64,000 nt of DNA from Podarcis melisellensis (Eukaryota). This document shows positions 50,570 to 63,713 of this stretch, piece after piece. Each line of letters begins with the position of its first letter. Positions within the stretch are counted from its first letter, which is position 1. The stretch is taken from NCBI GenBank assembly GCA_964234715.1, contig OZ174278.1; one strand, 5' to 3'. The notes beneath the pieces were generated by a model. That model was not told where the DNA came from. It did no database searches and was given only the letters and a program-made list of their open reading frames with translations. Position numbers and translations under genes: made by a program.

Positions 50570-50852
50570 TGTTGTTGTTGTTGTTTAGTTGCTTAGTCAT
50601 GTCCGGCTCTTCGTGACCCCATGGACCAGAGCACGCCAGGCACTCCTGTCTTCCACTGCCTCCCGCAGTTTGGTCAAACTCATGCTGGTAGCTTCAAGAA
50701 CACTGTCCAACCATCTCGTCCTCTGTCGTCCCCTTCTCCTTGTGCCCTCCATCTTTCCCAACATCAGGGTCTTTTCCAGGGAGTCTTCTCTTCTCATAAG
50801 GTGGCCAAAGTATTGAAGCTTAAGCTTCAGGATCTGTCCTTCCAGTGAGCAC
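50570..50852 (-). mobile_element. Bov-B LINE 3' fragment
   Basis: Encodes SLEGQILKLKLQYFGHLMRREDSLEKTLMLGKMEGTRRRGRQRTRWLD...AWRALVHGVTKSRT, then a (CAA)n tail; TSD ctcatgcatttt at 50558-50569 / ctcgtgcatttt at 50853-50864. Confidence 0.92.
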
Positions 50853-51228
50853 CTCGTGCATTTTAGGTCCTTCATAATTTCCTTTCCTTTCTTTTATTTT
50901 ATCTGGAGAGAGGAAAAGTGTTTTCCAATAAACATAGTATCACAGAAATGAGCACACACATAACCACCCCAATAAAATAGAGCCAATACTATTGCAGCAG
51001 AGCCTTAGGGCCAAGTTAGATGTGATGCAAGAGATCTGGTGATGGAGAGCAGCCTCTGGGAGATGGAGCTTAACCCTTCCTTCCTGTATTCTTTCTCCAC
51101 TGCTTTCAATGGAAACAAAAAGGAGCAGTAGTTGGTACTTTACTTGTTGAAGGCAGTTTGAACTGAAAACAGAAACCATTATTTCATCTTCCTATTCTCT
51201 GTTGCTTTCTCTTTCTGTCTCTCTCTAG

Positions 51229-51286
51229 GTCAACTGGTAGAGAATATGCTCTGAAAATCATCAAAAAAAGTAAATGTAGAGGAAAA
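51229..51286 (+). CDS. DCLK1: DCLK1 coding exon, kinase subdomain II (ALK lysine), 58 bp, phase 2-0
   Basis: Long pyrimidine tract, ctctag|GTCAACT, donor GGAAAA|gtaagt; encodes STGREYALKIIKKSKCRGK. Confidence 0.96.
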
Positions 51287-51348
51287 GTAAGTACAGAAGC
51301 TCCCCATTGTATCTCTTTCTTCCATGTTCACCTACTCTAACTTTAGTA

Positions 51349-51574
51349 CAGTGGTACCTCAGGTTAAGTACTTAATTCGTTCCGGAGGTCTGTTCTTAAC
51401 CTGAAACTGTTCTTAACCTGAAACACCACTTTAGCTAATGGGGCCTCCCGCTGCTGCCACGCCGCCAGAGCACGATTTCTGTTCTCATCCTGAAGCAAAG
51501 TTCTTAACCTGAGGTACTATTTCTGGGTTAGCGGAGTCTGTAACTTGAAGCGTATGTAACCCGAGGTACCACTG
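51349..51574. mobile_element. Tc1/mariner (pogo/Tigger-like) MITE
   Basis: TA|CAGTGGTACCTCAGGTTA ... TAACCCGAGGTACCACTG|TA; internal repeats of ttcttaacctga. Confidence 0.85.
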
Positions 51575-52457
51575 TATCCCCTTTTTTAGTAGCCCTGCTC
51601 CAGGTGTCCCCACTGAATGAAGTGATTTGGGTAACCTGCCAGGGAGAGGGCTTTTTCCGTTGTGGCATCCAATTATGGAACAGAGAATCTTGCCTGGTGC
51701 CATATTGGTAGTCTTATTGGCACTTGCCTTCTGTTTCTATTTTATCTATATATTATGGTTTTGTGTTTTACTTTCATGTATTTATTCATTTTTGCCTCTT
51801 TTAAAATTGAAATTGTCAATGCTTACAACCAAATAAGCTCCCCGACAATTGAACATACACAGTACAAATAACAACAACAATAATCTATATAAAAATAATA
51901 AAAAATGTGTTTTCTTTTATATTTATTGTGGGTGGCATCCAACTAATGTCCTGTCATTGTAAGGATTTCCACTTGGTTAGTGAAACTTTCCCCCTCTTCT
52001 GATCCTGCCGATGGTTGTCCTGTCCTGTCCAGGGGACCCCCAGAACAGATTAAGGGGTGTGCCAAGGGACAAGACACAGCAAGAAAACACAGACAGAAAA
52101 ACTTAGTTTCAAAATTGGTAAATGTTTCTAAATTATTTGTATAGAAACACAAGATGACTTGGAGCAATCAGCCCAGATTTCCTTTGTGGTTGGTTTCATG
52201 GTGGGTAGGGGGGAAGTGAACAAAGGCTTTTTGTAACCCTTTCTATGTGAGGGAGTGTGACCTAACTAAGTCTGGGAGGATTGATTACTCTATGGTCTTA
52301 ACCCCTTCATGCATTAAGTTGAGCTAAGCATTCTGGTTTTATAAGGCTGATATTTATCCCACACATTCTGCATGAAACACAATGTGGGGAACTGAAGCAG
52401 ATGGATGGATTTCTTCTGTTGTCTTTCTACATGTGGTTTTCTTTTGTTTTGTGGCAG

Positions 52458-52577
52458 GAGCATATGATCCAGAATGAAGTGGCCATTTTAAGAAGGGTCA
52501 AGCATCCCAATATTGTTCTTCTGATTGAGGAAATGGATATGCCCACTGAGTTGTACCTTGTCATGGAGCTTGTAAAG
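52458..52577 (+). CDS. DCLK1: DCLK1 coding exon, kinase alphaC to hinge, 120 bp, phase 0-0
   Basis: gtggcag|GAGCAT ... GTAAAG|gtatgt; encodes [40 protein letters not shown]. Confidence 0.97.
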
Positions 52578-53649
52578 GTATGTATATAGGAGAGAAAGAT
52601 CACCTGCTATTTCACAGATTACCAACCATTCACTAGGCTTCAAATTAAAGGGCTGGATAGCTGCTGATGCACAGGAAGGGTTTATGACTTTATTTACCCC
52701 CTGAACACAGCAGCTGTTAAAGGGAAGAATCTATAGAAGAGTTTAGCCCTGTAGAGACAGGCAGGCAGAATGGAGGAATGAACTAGAGGTGCTCTCTAGA
52801 CAGCAACATACTGTTTTGGTTTTTGTCTTTTTTGCTATTCTGTTCTAAGGTTTTTGAAATATATAGATAGTTTTCACTGTATAAACATGATAAACCAGGT
52901 TTCCAACCTTGTTACTTCTGGTGGATTCGTGAGTTAGCCTTACTTGCAGGACATATGCCACAGATAGATAGGGATATCCAAGCGTGGTGATCAGATTCTG
53001 ATAGGGATCAGTGAGTGAATCCCTGCTTCCATATTATTGATTGATCTGGATGAGGTGGGGTGGAAGAACAGAGAGCTAACCCACTTCTTATGGACATGCA
53101 TGGGAAAATCATATGAAACTTCTTTCCCCTGGCTTTAAAAGGGGGTTAGACCATTTATGGAGAGTAAGGCAAGTGGCTATCCATCATGATGAAAATGGAG
53201 AACCTGCATGTTCAAAAGCAGTAAGCTAATCAATATTAGTTGCAGGGCAGCATTGACAGGGGAGGTCTGTGGCCTTCATGCTCTGATTATGGATTTCATA
53301 GAGACATCTGCTCAGCTCCTGAAATTTGTGATCTGCAGAGGAGGCCCTCTGGATGCAGCCCTTTGTGTGGTAACTTGACACATGGCTTCCTCTGTGGTGG
53401 CATCCCACTTGTGCAACTCCTTCCCTTTGGAGGTGTGTCAACCAGCCTTGTTACTGAGCTTTGGTGATCATGATGGGATGAATATATGAGTCAAATAAAT
53501 AAATACGACAAGAAACAAGTTGCTGAGCTAGATAGATCTTAGGTCTGATTTGGGGCTGTTCTCAAGAGATCTCTGGTCTATCAAGCCCAGGATTGTCAAC
53601 TGGAAGCAAAGCAAAGTCTCATAAGAGTTATGCTGTTCTAGAGAGATAC

Positions 53650-53950
53650 TAAAGATCTACCTGAACCAGAATCCTGTTTTCACAGTGACCCAGCAGATGC
53701 TTATGGGAAGCCCACAAGCAGGACATGAGTGCATTAACCCCTTCCCATTGTTGCTCCCCAGTGTCTGGTATTTAGAGTCATGGATCCTCTGATCCTGGAG
53801 GTAGCATACAGACATCATGATCAGTAGCCAACAGTAGACAAATTTATGGAGGGTAAGGTTAATCCTCTTTTAAAGCAGTCTAAGTTGGTTATAAGAACCT
53901 TGGGATAATGAATTCCATAGTTTAACCGTGCACCCTCTGAAGAAGTGGCT
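53650..53950 (-). mobile_element. Degenerate CR1 3' region
   Basis: Reverse-complement similarity to the 24000-24313 fragment (cctcttttaaagcagtctaagttggt...ttccatagtttaac). Confidence 0.55.
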
Positions 53951-56900
53951 CCTTTGTATTCTCACATTCTCACTCTTGATCGTCTTTGGATGACCCTGAA
54001 TTATGCAGGGATCTTTCCCGAACTTGCTACCCAAGGCTGTAAATGCCAGGGGTTTTGCCTGCAAAGTTCTCCCACTTACCTGCTGTAGAAAAAGCTGGAT
54101 TCGTAACTGAATAATTTGTGTGGGGTTAGGTGTAGCAGGTTTTCATGGCTGCAAACGAAACTGAAATTTCTCCATGTAATAGGATCTTTGCTACAATAAG
54201 ATATTGTGAGAGCTGTCGCAAACTGTGTGTGACAAGTTCATTCTAAATAAGGTGTGACACCTTCTCTTATTCATTAAGTTTGACAGTTGAACAAACCTTG
54301 CTGTGATTTATTCTCTAAGTACTGAAGCAAGCGCATTTGGGAAGATGTGAGCTGTTGATTCAACAACGGCTGGCCTTATCCCTTGCACAGCATGCCCTTT
54401 ACAATTGTGTAACCATCTGCTGTGGATTGGCTTTTGAAGACCCAAGTTTAAATCAAGTTCACAGATGGGAAAGATATTTGGGAGGAAAAGGCTTGATGTG
54501 GTGGAGCGCCAGTTTCTGGCTACTACCATTTTGCATTAATTGGCAGCCACAAGTTTGATATAAGTGGTGGCTGCTGCAGACACGTTTTCATTTCATGGCA
54601 GGCACGTCACTCGCTGCTGCGTAAAAGGCCTTGAGTGTGAGGAAAGCACTTCATAAATACAAATAAAAGCATGTTGCAAGCAGCGCTGGTGGAAAGGAGA
54701 AAGGACGTGGTCGCTGGCGAGCTGCCATTGCACATAGTGAGACCAAATTATTATTCAAGCCCAGCACTGGTTTAGCTATTTTAACAAGCATGATTTATTA
54801 TAGGGTTTCCTCCTGCTGTTCAAGGATCTAATTTCAATTTCACATGAGAAAAGGAATGTTACAGCATTTATGTTGCTAGCTAGTAAATAAATAATTGGTT
54901 ACTGTACTTTGGGATTTCAGTGCCTTATGTTCATAGGTGATAAGGGTTGAATTTTCCTTTTTTTTTCTTTTAAAAAATACATTCAGATGCTTCTGTTAGT
55001 CTGTCTTGATTCCAGGAAAATGCAGAAGGGGGGATGATAAAACATTAAGGATCCTGGGTCCATCTTCTACAGTGCCTTGATGGCAGCAGGCGACCTGTTA
55101 TGTCAGTTAGTAAAGCAGAAATTGGCATGATCCCTTACGTGAAGGAAAAGGTGGAATTCTGTGCTGTCCAAGAAAGTTGACTGTAAAGCTAATTATTTAA
55201 GGTCTTTATCCAAAAGGGGGATGATCGCCCATTCAGTTTAAACATTACATATTTGTATTTCATTCAAATATTTGCAAACTGAGATATTTTGCACGTGTTC
55301 AAAATAAATGTTCTTTCCTCCACACACAAAATCCTCCCTCCTCTTTGAAGAATTACTCTTGGGGAAATTACTGTTGCTAGTGAGGGGCAAAGCCCATCCT
55401 ATGAGTCATTCTCTTGGAGCATGAGGGTCTCCTGAGTGGGTGGACTTTTGCTCTCCAGCTACAGATGTAATTTGAAGGACTGTTTGAGAGCAAGCTGCTT
55501 TTGGCAGGGGACAAATCACCATGGCGACTCCACATGCCCCAAAGGTTATCCATAGTGTTAACCATTTGCCCCAACCAACATTATCCCTTAGGTACCTTAA
55601 GGAAATCTATCATATACTGACACCTGGACTGCACAATGTGTGCAGAATTGAAATGGGGACCTCCTTCAGGTGCGCTGTACAAATCTTAAATTCTTCTTAC
55701 AACCATACAAGCAGGGGTGTCCTCAAATTCTTCCAATTCTTGCCACAGTTTTCCCCAGACACCTGCCCCCTTTTTTGGCCAAGTGCATAAAGCTGAATTC
55801 ATGCAAGTTAAATGCATAAAAGTTGCGAGTCAACTGTATTTCGTAATGGACATCAGACGAAAACCAAAGAGAAACTATGAGCATTAGGTTCCATGACAGT
55901 CTCTCTTTCCTTGCTAACTTGCCACTGAGTTTGGGTTATCTGAGGCCAGAATAGAAAGTGGTGAGGGGTTTAAATTTCCCACCATCAGTGAACATAAAGT
56001 TTGCTCTTGAGCCAACTTGCGCAGTATTTTCTGCTGCAAATAGCAGTGACGCTCTAAATAAGGCCTTAGAGAGATAGGTATTTTTTTATTGGTGTTTGAA
56101 CATTTGACCATTTGGATACAAAGTGTGTGCTGTTCCACTTCCCTGTGGTACTTCCTGACAGCTGATAATCAAATGATGGTAGTTTTATTATAAAATAAAT
56201 GTTTGTCATTTTTCACAAAATTTTCTTCAAATGAAGAAATAATCTGTAAAAAAAAATGTTTTCATGAGGTTGTTGGTGGGTTTTTTAAAGCAGTTTTGGG
56301 GAGTTTTGGTGAAGTCATTTGTATGCGATATCCCTTCATTGTGAAACACCCACAAGATGTATCTTATTTGATAGGATCTCATAAATAAGATGGAATGAAA
56401 CCATTAAAGCACTGGTAATTTAAGATTGCAAGTGTTGATTAAAAATTGGGTTTTGTTCTAGATTTCCAACATTAAATAAGACTTATTTTAAAACAACTCA
56501 ACATTCTTGTTTTAGGAAAGAGTTTAACACCTTAGCTCCCTGAACTACTATTACTATTCCTTTGTTTTAATCTTTCCTCGAGTGCAGAAGTGAAAATGTA
56601 TTTTCCTTGTGTAAGCTGACACAACTCAGTCCCTTTATTTATTACTTTGGCAGAAAGCCATCCCCACAGCTCTGCAAATAGGAAGAGAACCTACGGAAGT
56701 GCTATGAGCACCTATCTTGGTTAACTGCAGGCAGCTATCCAGACTTTCCTCTGCATACAAACAGCAGATTAGGGTGTTTTCCAAGGCAGAGGCAGGATTT
56801 TGTTGTTTGGGGGGTAGGGAGAGAAAGGAGAAGGCCAACGGGGGGGGGGGGGGACTTAGACTGTGATGCACACCATGGATTAAACCAGGATATTAATGTA

Positions 56901-57294
56901 GACATATGAGATGTGCCTCAAAGGAACAAAAATGCATTCTAAATTTGTACAGCCTGTATGACAAGGGTCTAATTTATTTATTATATGCCTGTCATGAAAT
57001 GAAGCCTTTTCGTGCTCAATAAGGGGGCCTCTCTCTTCCCCACTACAAGTTTGTTTCATAGTATTCTCTCTCTTGAGGGAGTTCTAGGAAATGTAGTGCT
57101 GTGAGGCTGCTAATGACCTCTGCTGGAGTATTCTCAACAGCCTCACCGAACTACAATTCCCAGGGTTCTCTGGGTAAACCACAGCAGTTAAATCAATATA
57201 AAACAAATATAGATATGTAATGGGAATAGGAAGGTTAAAAGCAGGACATGGGAATATGTGGACTCAAAACCTGATCCAGTGAAGCTTTTCTTAC

Positions 57295-57490
57295 ATTCAT
57301 AAACAATCTAGAGTTAGGGGGGGAGCAGTGAGGTGGGCAGGTTTGCTGATGATACTAAATTGTTCACGGTCATTAAAACAAAAAGGGATTGCAAAAAGCA
57401 CTAAAAGGACCTCCTGCAAAGTGAGTGAATTAGTAGTAAAATGGCAAATGCAATTCAGTGTAAGTGTAAAGTGATGCATGTTAGGGTGAA
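57295..57490 (+). mobile_element. CR1 reverse transcriptase fragment
   Basis: tttgctgatgatactaaattgttc = FADDTKLF, followed by KWQMQFSV and a frameshifted CKVMH. Confidence 0.75.
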
Positions 57491-58031
57491 AACTCTTCAT
57501 TTCACATTTTTGTGATACCCTCCAAAGGCAAAAACTGGGGTGCCATCTTTTGGGATGCCACCTTCTTGTTTTCTCACAAGAGGATGCTGGCCATTTTGGG
57601 CATCCTGATTTCATGCAATTTTGCACCATGAGTTCTACCCAGAAAGCCGCTTTTTTGGGCTTGGTGGAATCCTTAATTGGGAACACCTTCCTTCCGAGAA
57701 TGGATGCGTTGTTCTTTTGCTGCAATCATTAAAGACTCTTTAAATGGTAAGGGACTCTTTTCACTTTGTCCTGCTTATCTACAGCCGGGGGGGGGGGGAG
57801 GTGAGTCCCAGGATCTTGACAATGACCTACTGCTACAGTCAGACTGAATTCTTCCATCATGTGCAGACTAATAGACAAAATTTCCACCACGGATATTAGA
57901 CCTCTCTTTTTATATGGGTCCTCTGTGCTGTTCTCAAAGAATATGATTATGCTTTCCATTACAGTATGTTTCTGGAATCCTCTTTGTCCTTAGCGGAATG
58001 CTGTTCAAACATGACAATTGTTTTATTCCAG

Positions 58032-58178
58032 GGCGGAGACCTTTTTGATGCCATTACTTCCACAAACAAATATACAGAGCGGGACGCTAGTGGGATGCTG
58101 TACAATCTGGCCAGTGCCATTAAATATCTTCATAGCTTGAACATCGTCCACAGGGATATCAAACCTGAGAATCTGCTG
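58032..58178 (+). CDS. DCLK1: DCLK1 coding exon, kinase catalytic loop, 147 bp, phase 0-0
   Basis: ttattccag|GGCGGA ... CTGCTG|gtaagt; encodes [49 protein letters not shown]. Confidence 0.97.
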
Positions 58179-58993
58179 GTAAGTTCAACCTTCTGGAGAT
58201 TTCTGTTCATATGGCTGATGTTGGTAGCCTGCCTCACAGCTTCAATGAAATACGTATCTCTAGATAAAAATGCTCACCCTAAGAAGCATTTCAAGTCTAG
58301 CAAATATTGCACTGTCTACAGAAGATTCATGCTTTACTTGTGGGACACAAATGGTTTACTTCTATTTTAGAGATACAGGGATTGAGCTATATGCAATATT
58401 GCTAGGATCATGCTATTGGTGAATTGAGCTATTAAACATTAAAAGCTTCCCTAAATAGGGCTGCCTTCAGATGTTTAATCATTTGCAACTCATCAACTGC
58501 TCTGGTAGCCTTGGTACTGCCCCCAGTTGGTCCATTGTACCTCAGAACCCACCCCAACAAGCCTATTTCTTATTCCCCAACCATCAGCTATGCTCTGAAC
58601 CCAAGTATACCAGGCTGCAAACCAACTTCATCTTGCTTCTACCAGCTTTGTCTCTCTTCTACCCTCATACCAAAAGCTATGTTAGGACCTTCCTGCAAAC
58701 TAGAACCCTTTGGTGAGGAGACCTGAGAAAAGTATTGCTGCTTCTATAGAATCTATGAGTTGTATCCAGTTGTGTCCCAGTCTGCTGATCTTTGATCCAG
58801 CAGAGTCTTCTTCAGGAGAAAGGGGAAATTGCCAGGGTTTGCTGTTTCACCCTTCCCTTTGAAGCCCCTTGCACCCACCCACCCCAATCTGCTCTAGGGT
58901 TCTGTGCGATGTTTGGAGATTCCTATTCCCTTCAAAGAGTTTCAGTTGCCAAAGTTCGCCACAAAGAGGGATTGATTGCTAAACCACTCTGAG

Positions 58994-59294
58994 AGGTCCA
59001 GTCGTGGCCAACTCTGGGGTTGCGGCGCTCATCTCACTTTATTGGCCGAGGGAGCCGGCGTACAGCTTCCGGGTCATGTGGCCAGCATGACTAAGCTGCT
59101 TCTGGTGAACCAGAGCAGCGCACGGAAATGCTGTTTACCTTCCCATTGGAGTGGTACCCATTTATCTACTTGCACTTTGACGTACTTTCGAACTGCTAGG
59201 TTGGCAGGAGCAGGGACCAAGCAATGGGAGCTCATTCGAACCACCGACCTTCTGATTGGCAAGTCCTAGGCTCTGTGGTTTAACCCACAGCGCC
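58994..59294 (-). mobile_element. Sauria SINE lacking both ends, with an internal deletion
   Basis: Aligns to the other copies from aggtccagtcgtggcc to cacagcgcc; no tail or TSD. Confidence 0.88.
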
Positions 59295-60874
59295 CCAGTG
59301 TGACAATTATCTTTTGTATAATTTTGCTGCTGCTGCCTTTCTTGTTTACCTGGGCTGATAGGAAAGTGTGTTACTGTTTAGGAGAGAGGCTGAGAGCCAA
59401 ATCAAATGTGTGGGTGGCTGATCTTTATACACAGATCTGTCCTGATTTTGTAGGGCCCAGCATAATAGTATTGGGTTCAACGTTAACAACAAATAGAACC
59501 CAACCATCCACTCACCCTGCTGGCCTGTTCCTTGTGAATAATTGCCGTTAGGCTCAGTTGCACTGTGGAACTAATATTACATACACACACACACCACTTT
59601 TCAACAATGCAGTGTATTCTTTGCCATATTGAAGTCTGAATGTTAGTATTGGTGCACTGCTGTGTATGTAAGCTAGTGCAATCACATGTCAAGATTCATT
59701 AGACTCTTGTTTCTGAGAACGCCAGAGATGGTCTCATGGGGAAACGCTTACAATGCTTTTGTATTCAAACTTTTCTCAAGTTTGACAGCAGTAGACTGAA
59801 GTTCTCCCTCGCCCTCTTGGTTGTTTTCCCTCTTAAAATAGCATTTACTGACCTACCATGAGCAATTATGCTAGGTATTTTTTTTATAACCATGTTTTCG
59901 TGTATTTTGCAGTCCAGAGCACTCACAATAGTCCTGCGCTATTGTGCACATTCCACACTGATTACTAGTCAATACATTTTCCTACTAAGACAATTGCACT
60001 CAAAGGACATGTCTGTGTATGTTGCTTTCATCAGTTTAAACTGCACAAAAGCACATGGGAGTTTGTTGAGATGTGATTATTTCTAAGCAGCTATCACTGG
60101 CAAGATTGCCTTTGCAGCTTCAAGATGCCTGGGGCATATTGTTTTTAGTATTGCATACCAAATGCTAGTATGCTTTTTTTGCACTAACTGAATTGTGCTA
60201 TCCAGATGCAATATGGATACTAGCTAAAATAATATCCTTGGACACACGCTAGTCCTAAGCACATTGCATAGAAATAGGGTACACTGATTTAAGACTTAAC
60301 TTCCATAGAAGTTCTCTTAGGATCACACATTTAGATATCTATATCTAGATATAGGACTAGTTCACACATACTGGTATGTCCATGAAATCTCATCCCAAGC
60401 CTTTACTTCATACAAAAAATGTGTACTATATTAATAGTAACATCTTGATCTTTGGCCTGGCGGTGTGTCCCCTCCCATTTCACTGAATTGGGGTAGGTAC
60501 CAAACATGGGCAAAATTGTTGGCTGAACATTCTGTCCTTGGCACCCATCAGTTTGGCTTAGATGAAGCTAAGCTGTTTTTCTGACTGGGTTTTGGGGAAA
60601 ATAGCTTAATCTGAGCTACACACCAGTTCGGTCCTATTGCGATTCACAGAATAAACACCCCAAGATGGTATTGCTTCTCAAACATTGCCCTCACACTCTC
60701 CAGCTTGTTGCTTTACATCTAGGTCACATCACTCCCCAAATCTCTACTTTAAACTCTGCCTTTTCTGCTGAGGGAGGTGGCATCACCCATTTAACATCTT
60801 GGACTGAGCCCCTTAATCCTTCTTAATGGCAAATTACCAAGGTTATCACCTCACCAGGAGGCTAGCCTGGCCTT

Positions 60875-61226
60875 TAAAGGTAAAGGGACCCCTGACCATT
60901 AGGTCCAGTCATGACCGACTCTGGGGTTGTGACGCTCATCTTGCTTTATTGGCCAAGGGAGCCGGCGTACAGCCTCCGGGTCATGTGGCCAGCATGATTA
61001 AGCTGCTTCTGGTGAACCAGAGCAGCGCACGGAAATGCTGTTTACCTTTCCATTGGAGTGGTACCCATTTATCTACTTGCACTTTGAGATGCTTTCGAAC
61101 TGCTAGGCTGGCAGGAGCAGGGACCGAGCAACGGGAGCTCACCCCGTCCCGGGGATTCGAACTGCCGACCTTCTGATCAGCAAGTCCTAGGCTCTGTGGT
61201 TTAACCCACAGCGCCACCCGCATCCC
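60875..61226 (-). mobile_element. Sauria SINE, full length
   Basis: taaaggtaaagggacccctg ... cagcgccacccgcatccc; no clear TSD. Confidence 0.9.
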
Positions 61227-63579
61227 GTTTAGCCTATTCTAACACTTGGTGGATCCAGGAGTTAGAAGGGTCTGGCACCCATCTTAACACTCCAAAATCA
61301 TAACAACACAATGCCTGAACATCTTGCTCACTTGTAATATGGATGATTTTGATTTGGATAAAGGCAGAGGTTGACACATGTGGGTGTAAAAGGGTTACTA
61401 AATTATGCCACACCTATTTTGCTGATTTTACCATGCACGGTATTCATATCCAGTTCCAATACATGTGCTATTAATCAACTGGCTCTTTTACCATTTTAGC
61501 AAGCCAAGCTAAAAGCCTTAGTCATATGAAAAGGCTGTAATACTTCACCTCTACATTCCCTTCATCTGGAAGGCATGCCTTTTCCATTTTAATTGGAGCA
61601 TTTTTTCATAATTGCTCCTATTTAACATGATTATTTTGTCAAATCATGGGATAGCTTTATAGCCATATAATAAGCCCAGGAGAACAACTTCTCTGACTGT
61701 TGCCATCTGCAGTGATCACAAGAGCAGCTTAGGAAATATGGACAGTCTTTAGAGTAATGGGATACATATGGTAGCACACAATTATGTGTGGCTGGATTCA
61801 ATTAGTGTTGTACAATTACACAGTTTTATTGCTTAGTTAAAACAGTGAAAGCACTACATAGTGGGTAATTTGCACTAATCCACATCTCTTTAATTGCCCT
61901 TCAGGGCTTAAAGGAAAATAGAACTTGTAAAGAGCTTACTTTCTTAGTAAGATGAGCTTTAAATGATCATCTACATTCTTTGCTCTTCGCAGGGCAGACA
62001 ATTAAAATATTACCGCTTTACATTGAAGCCTTATTTTTGTCTTTAATCTTACTTACCAGGGCAGAGGGAGCATGTCCCCGTGCCCACTGCTTGTTTACTT
62101 GTTTTCAGAAATGAACTGAAGGGTTGGGTTTTAAAAAAGAAAATAAACCCCTACTTGTAAAAAGCTCCAGGGAGAAGTTATATATATATATATTTTTAAA
62201 AAACCGCATCCCTGGATTTTTTTTTAGTTAAAAAAATCCTGGTGAAATGATAAATTGGTTCTTTTAATAGACATTCAACAAACTTAATGTTTTAAGTTCC
62301 TGAACACTTTGCAAAATAACTTCCCCAGCCCTGCCCCACAATAGAAACACTGAAAAATATGCCTGGGGTTGTTTATTAAAAATAAATGTTGTATTCTGCC
62401 TAGCGTAAATTCAGACACTGAGGTAGCTCTGCATTCTATGCCCTAGTCACAAAGTCTTTATAAAGCCTAGTGCACAATCCCTAATTAAAAATGTCATTGA
62501 AATATAATTTATTGCTGCCACTTCAGCAAACACTTTCTTAAAGATTCATAAACCAGATGTGCCTAGCAACTCACATTTTTAATAATAGAGCAGTTCCATT
62601 TTTAAATATCCTCTTTCCCTACCCATATTCTTTCTGGCTTTGTCACAGCCAGTGTGTGCTGAGAATTTCTGTTTGCTGCTCCTTTTCGAAGACAAAATTC
62701 CAGTTTCATGAGCTCACTGAAACCCAGTTGAAGGGGGTGGAATAGGCCTCTGAATGCAAAACATATTCTCAGAATATGTATTTGATGCTATGGTGTGTTT
62801 CTATTGCCATGCAATTTACACGTAGTTTGCATTTCACAAATAAGAAAAACATTCTCTTTGCCACGCAATTTGTAATAGGCTTTGGTGGCTGCCTAGCTCA
62901 CAATCTAAAGGGTAAAGAGGTATTGTAGAAAATTTGAGACAGGAGGCAATTTTATTAATAAAAACAAATCTCATACATTTTCCCTCTGTGGTCAATGGCC
63001 ATTGAAATGTAGAATCATGGATCTGGAGGTGCCTAATGGCATGAAATCCAATACTCAGCCAAAAGCAGATATCCATAAGTAGTAGGGAGAAACCTGCTTG
63101 GCCTATACCTCATTCTTAGCCATGGACAATATTTGATAGAAAAGTGATGGCCAAGCTGGAAGTGACCTTCAAAAATCCTTCTGCCTCATAGAGTGAACTA
63201 AACTGCTCTTATTAAATTAATATTAATTATGAATACTGGAGGACTGTACCACCTGCGTGGCAATAGATTGTCTCTATAGCAACTCTAGCAACCTGTTTTA
63301 CATTGCTACAGTAAGGATACTGTGCTGTTTGTTCAATTTAAAGCTTCTGGCTACTGTTTCATGTTTATTAAGTGAAAGCTAAGTTCACACCAACCCCTTT
63401 ATCACTCTCTGTTCACCTCTGGCTCTCACTTCCGCACATCTGCTGTGTTCAGGCACGCTTGGGGACGGGGGACAAGGGCCTTCACTGCCACAAGCACAAT
63501 GGAATAGAAGACTGACTGTTAAGGGAAAGGGAGATTCTTGCTAGAGGGAACACACTGAATCGGAAGACTGTTTGTTTAG

Positions 63580-63713
63580 GTTTATGAGCACCAAGATGGG
63601 AGCAAGTCACTGAAGCTGGGAGATTTTGGACTGGCCACTATCGTTGATGGACCTCTTTACACCGTCTGTGGGACACCTACTTATGTAGCTCCAGAAATCA
63701 TTGCAGAAACTGG
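63580..63713 (+). CDS. DCLK1: DCLK1 coding exon, DFG-APE activation segment, 134 bp, phase 0-2
   Basis: tgtttgtttag|GTTTAT ... ACTGG|gtaaga; encodes [44 protein letters not shown](G). Confidence 0.97.
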
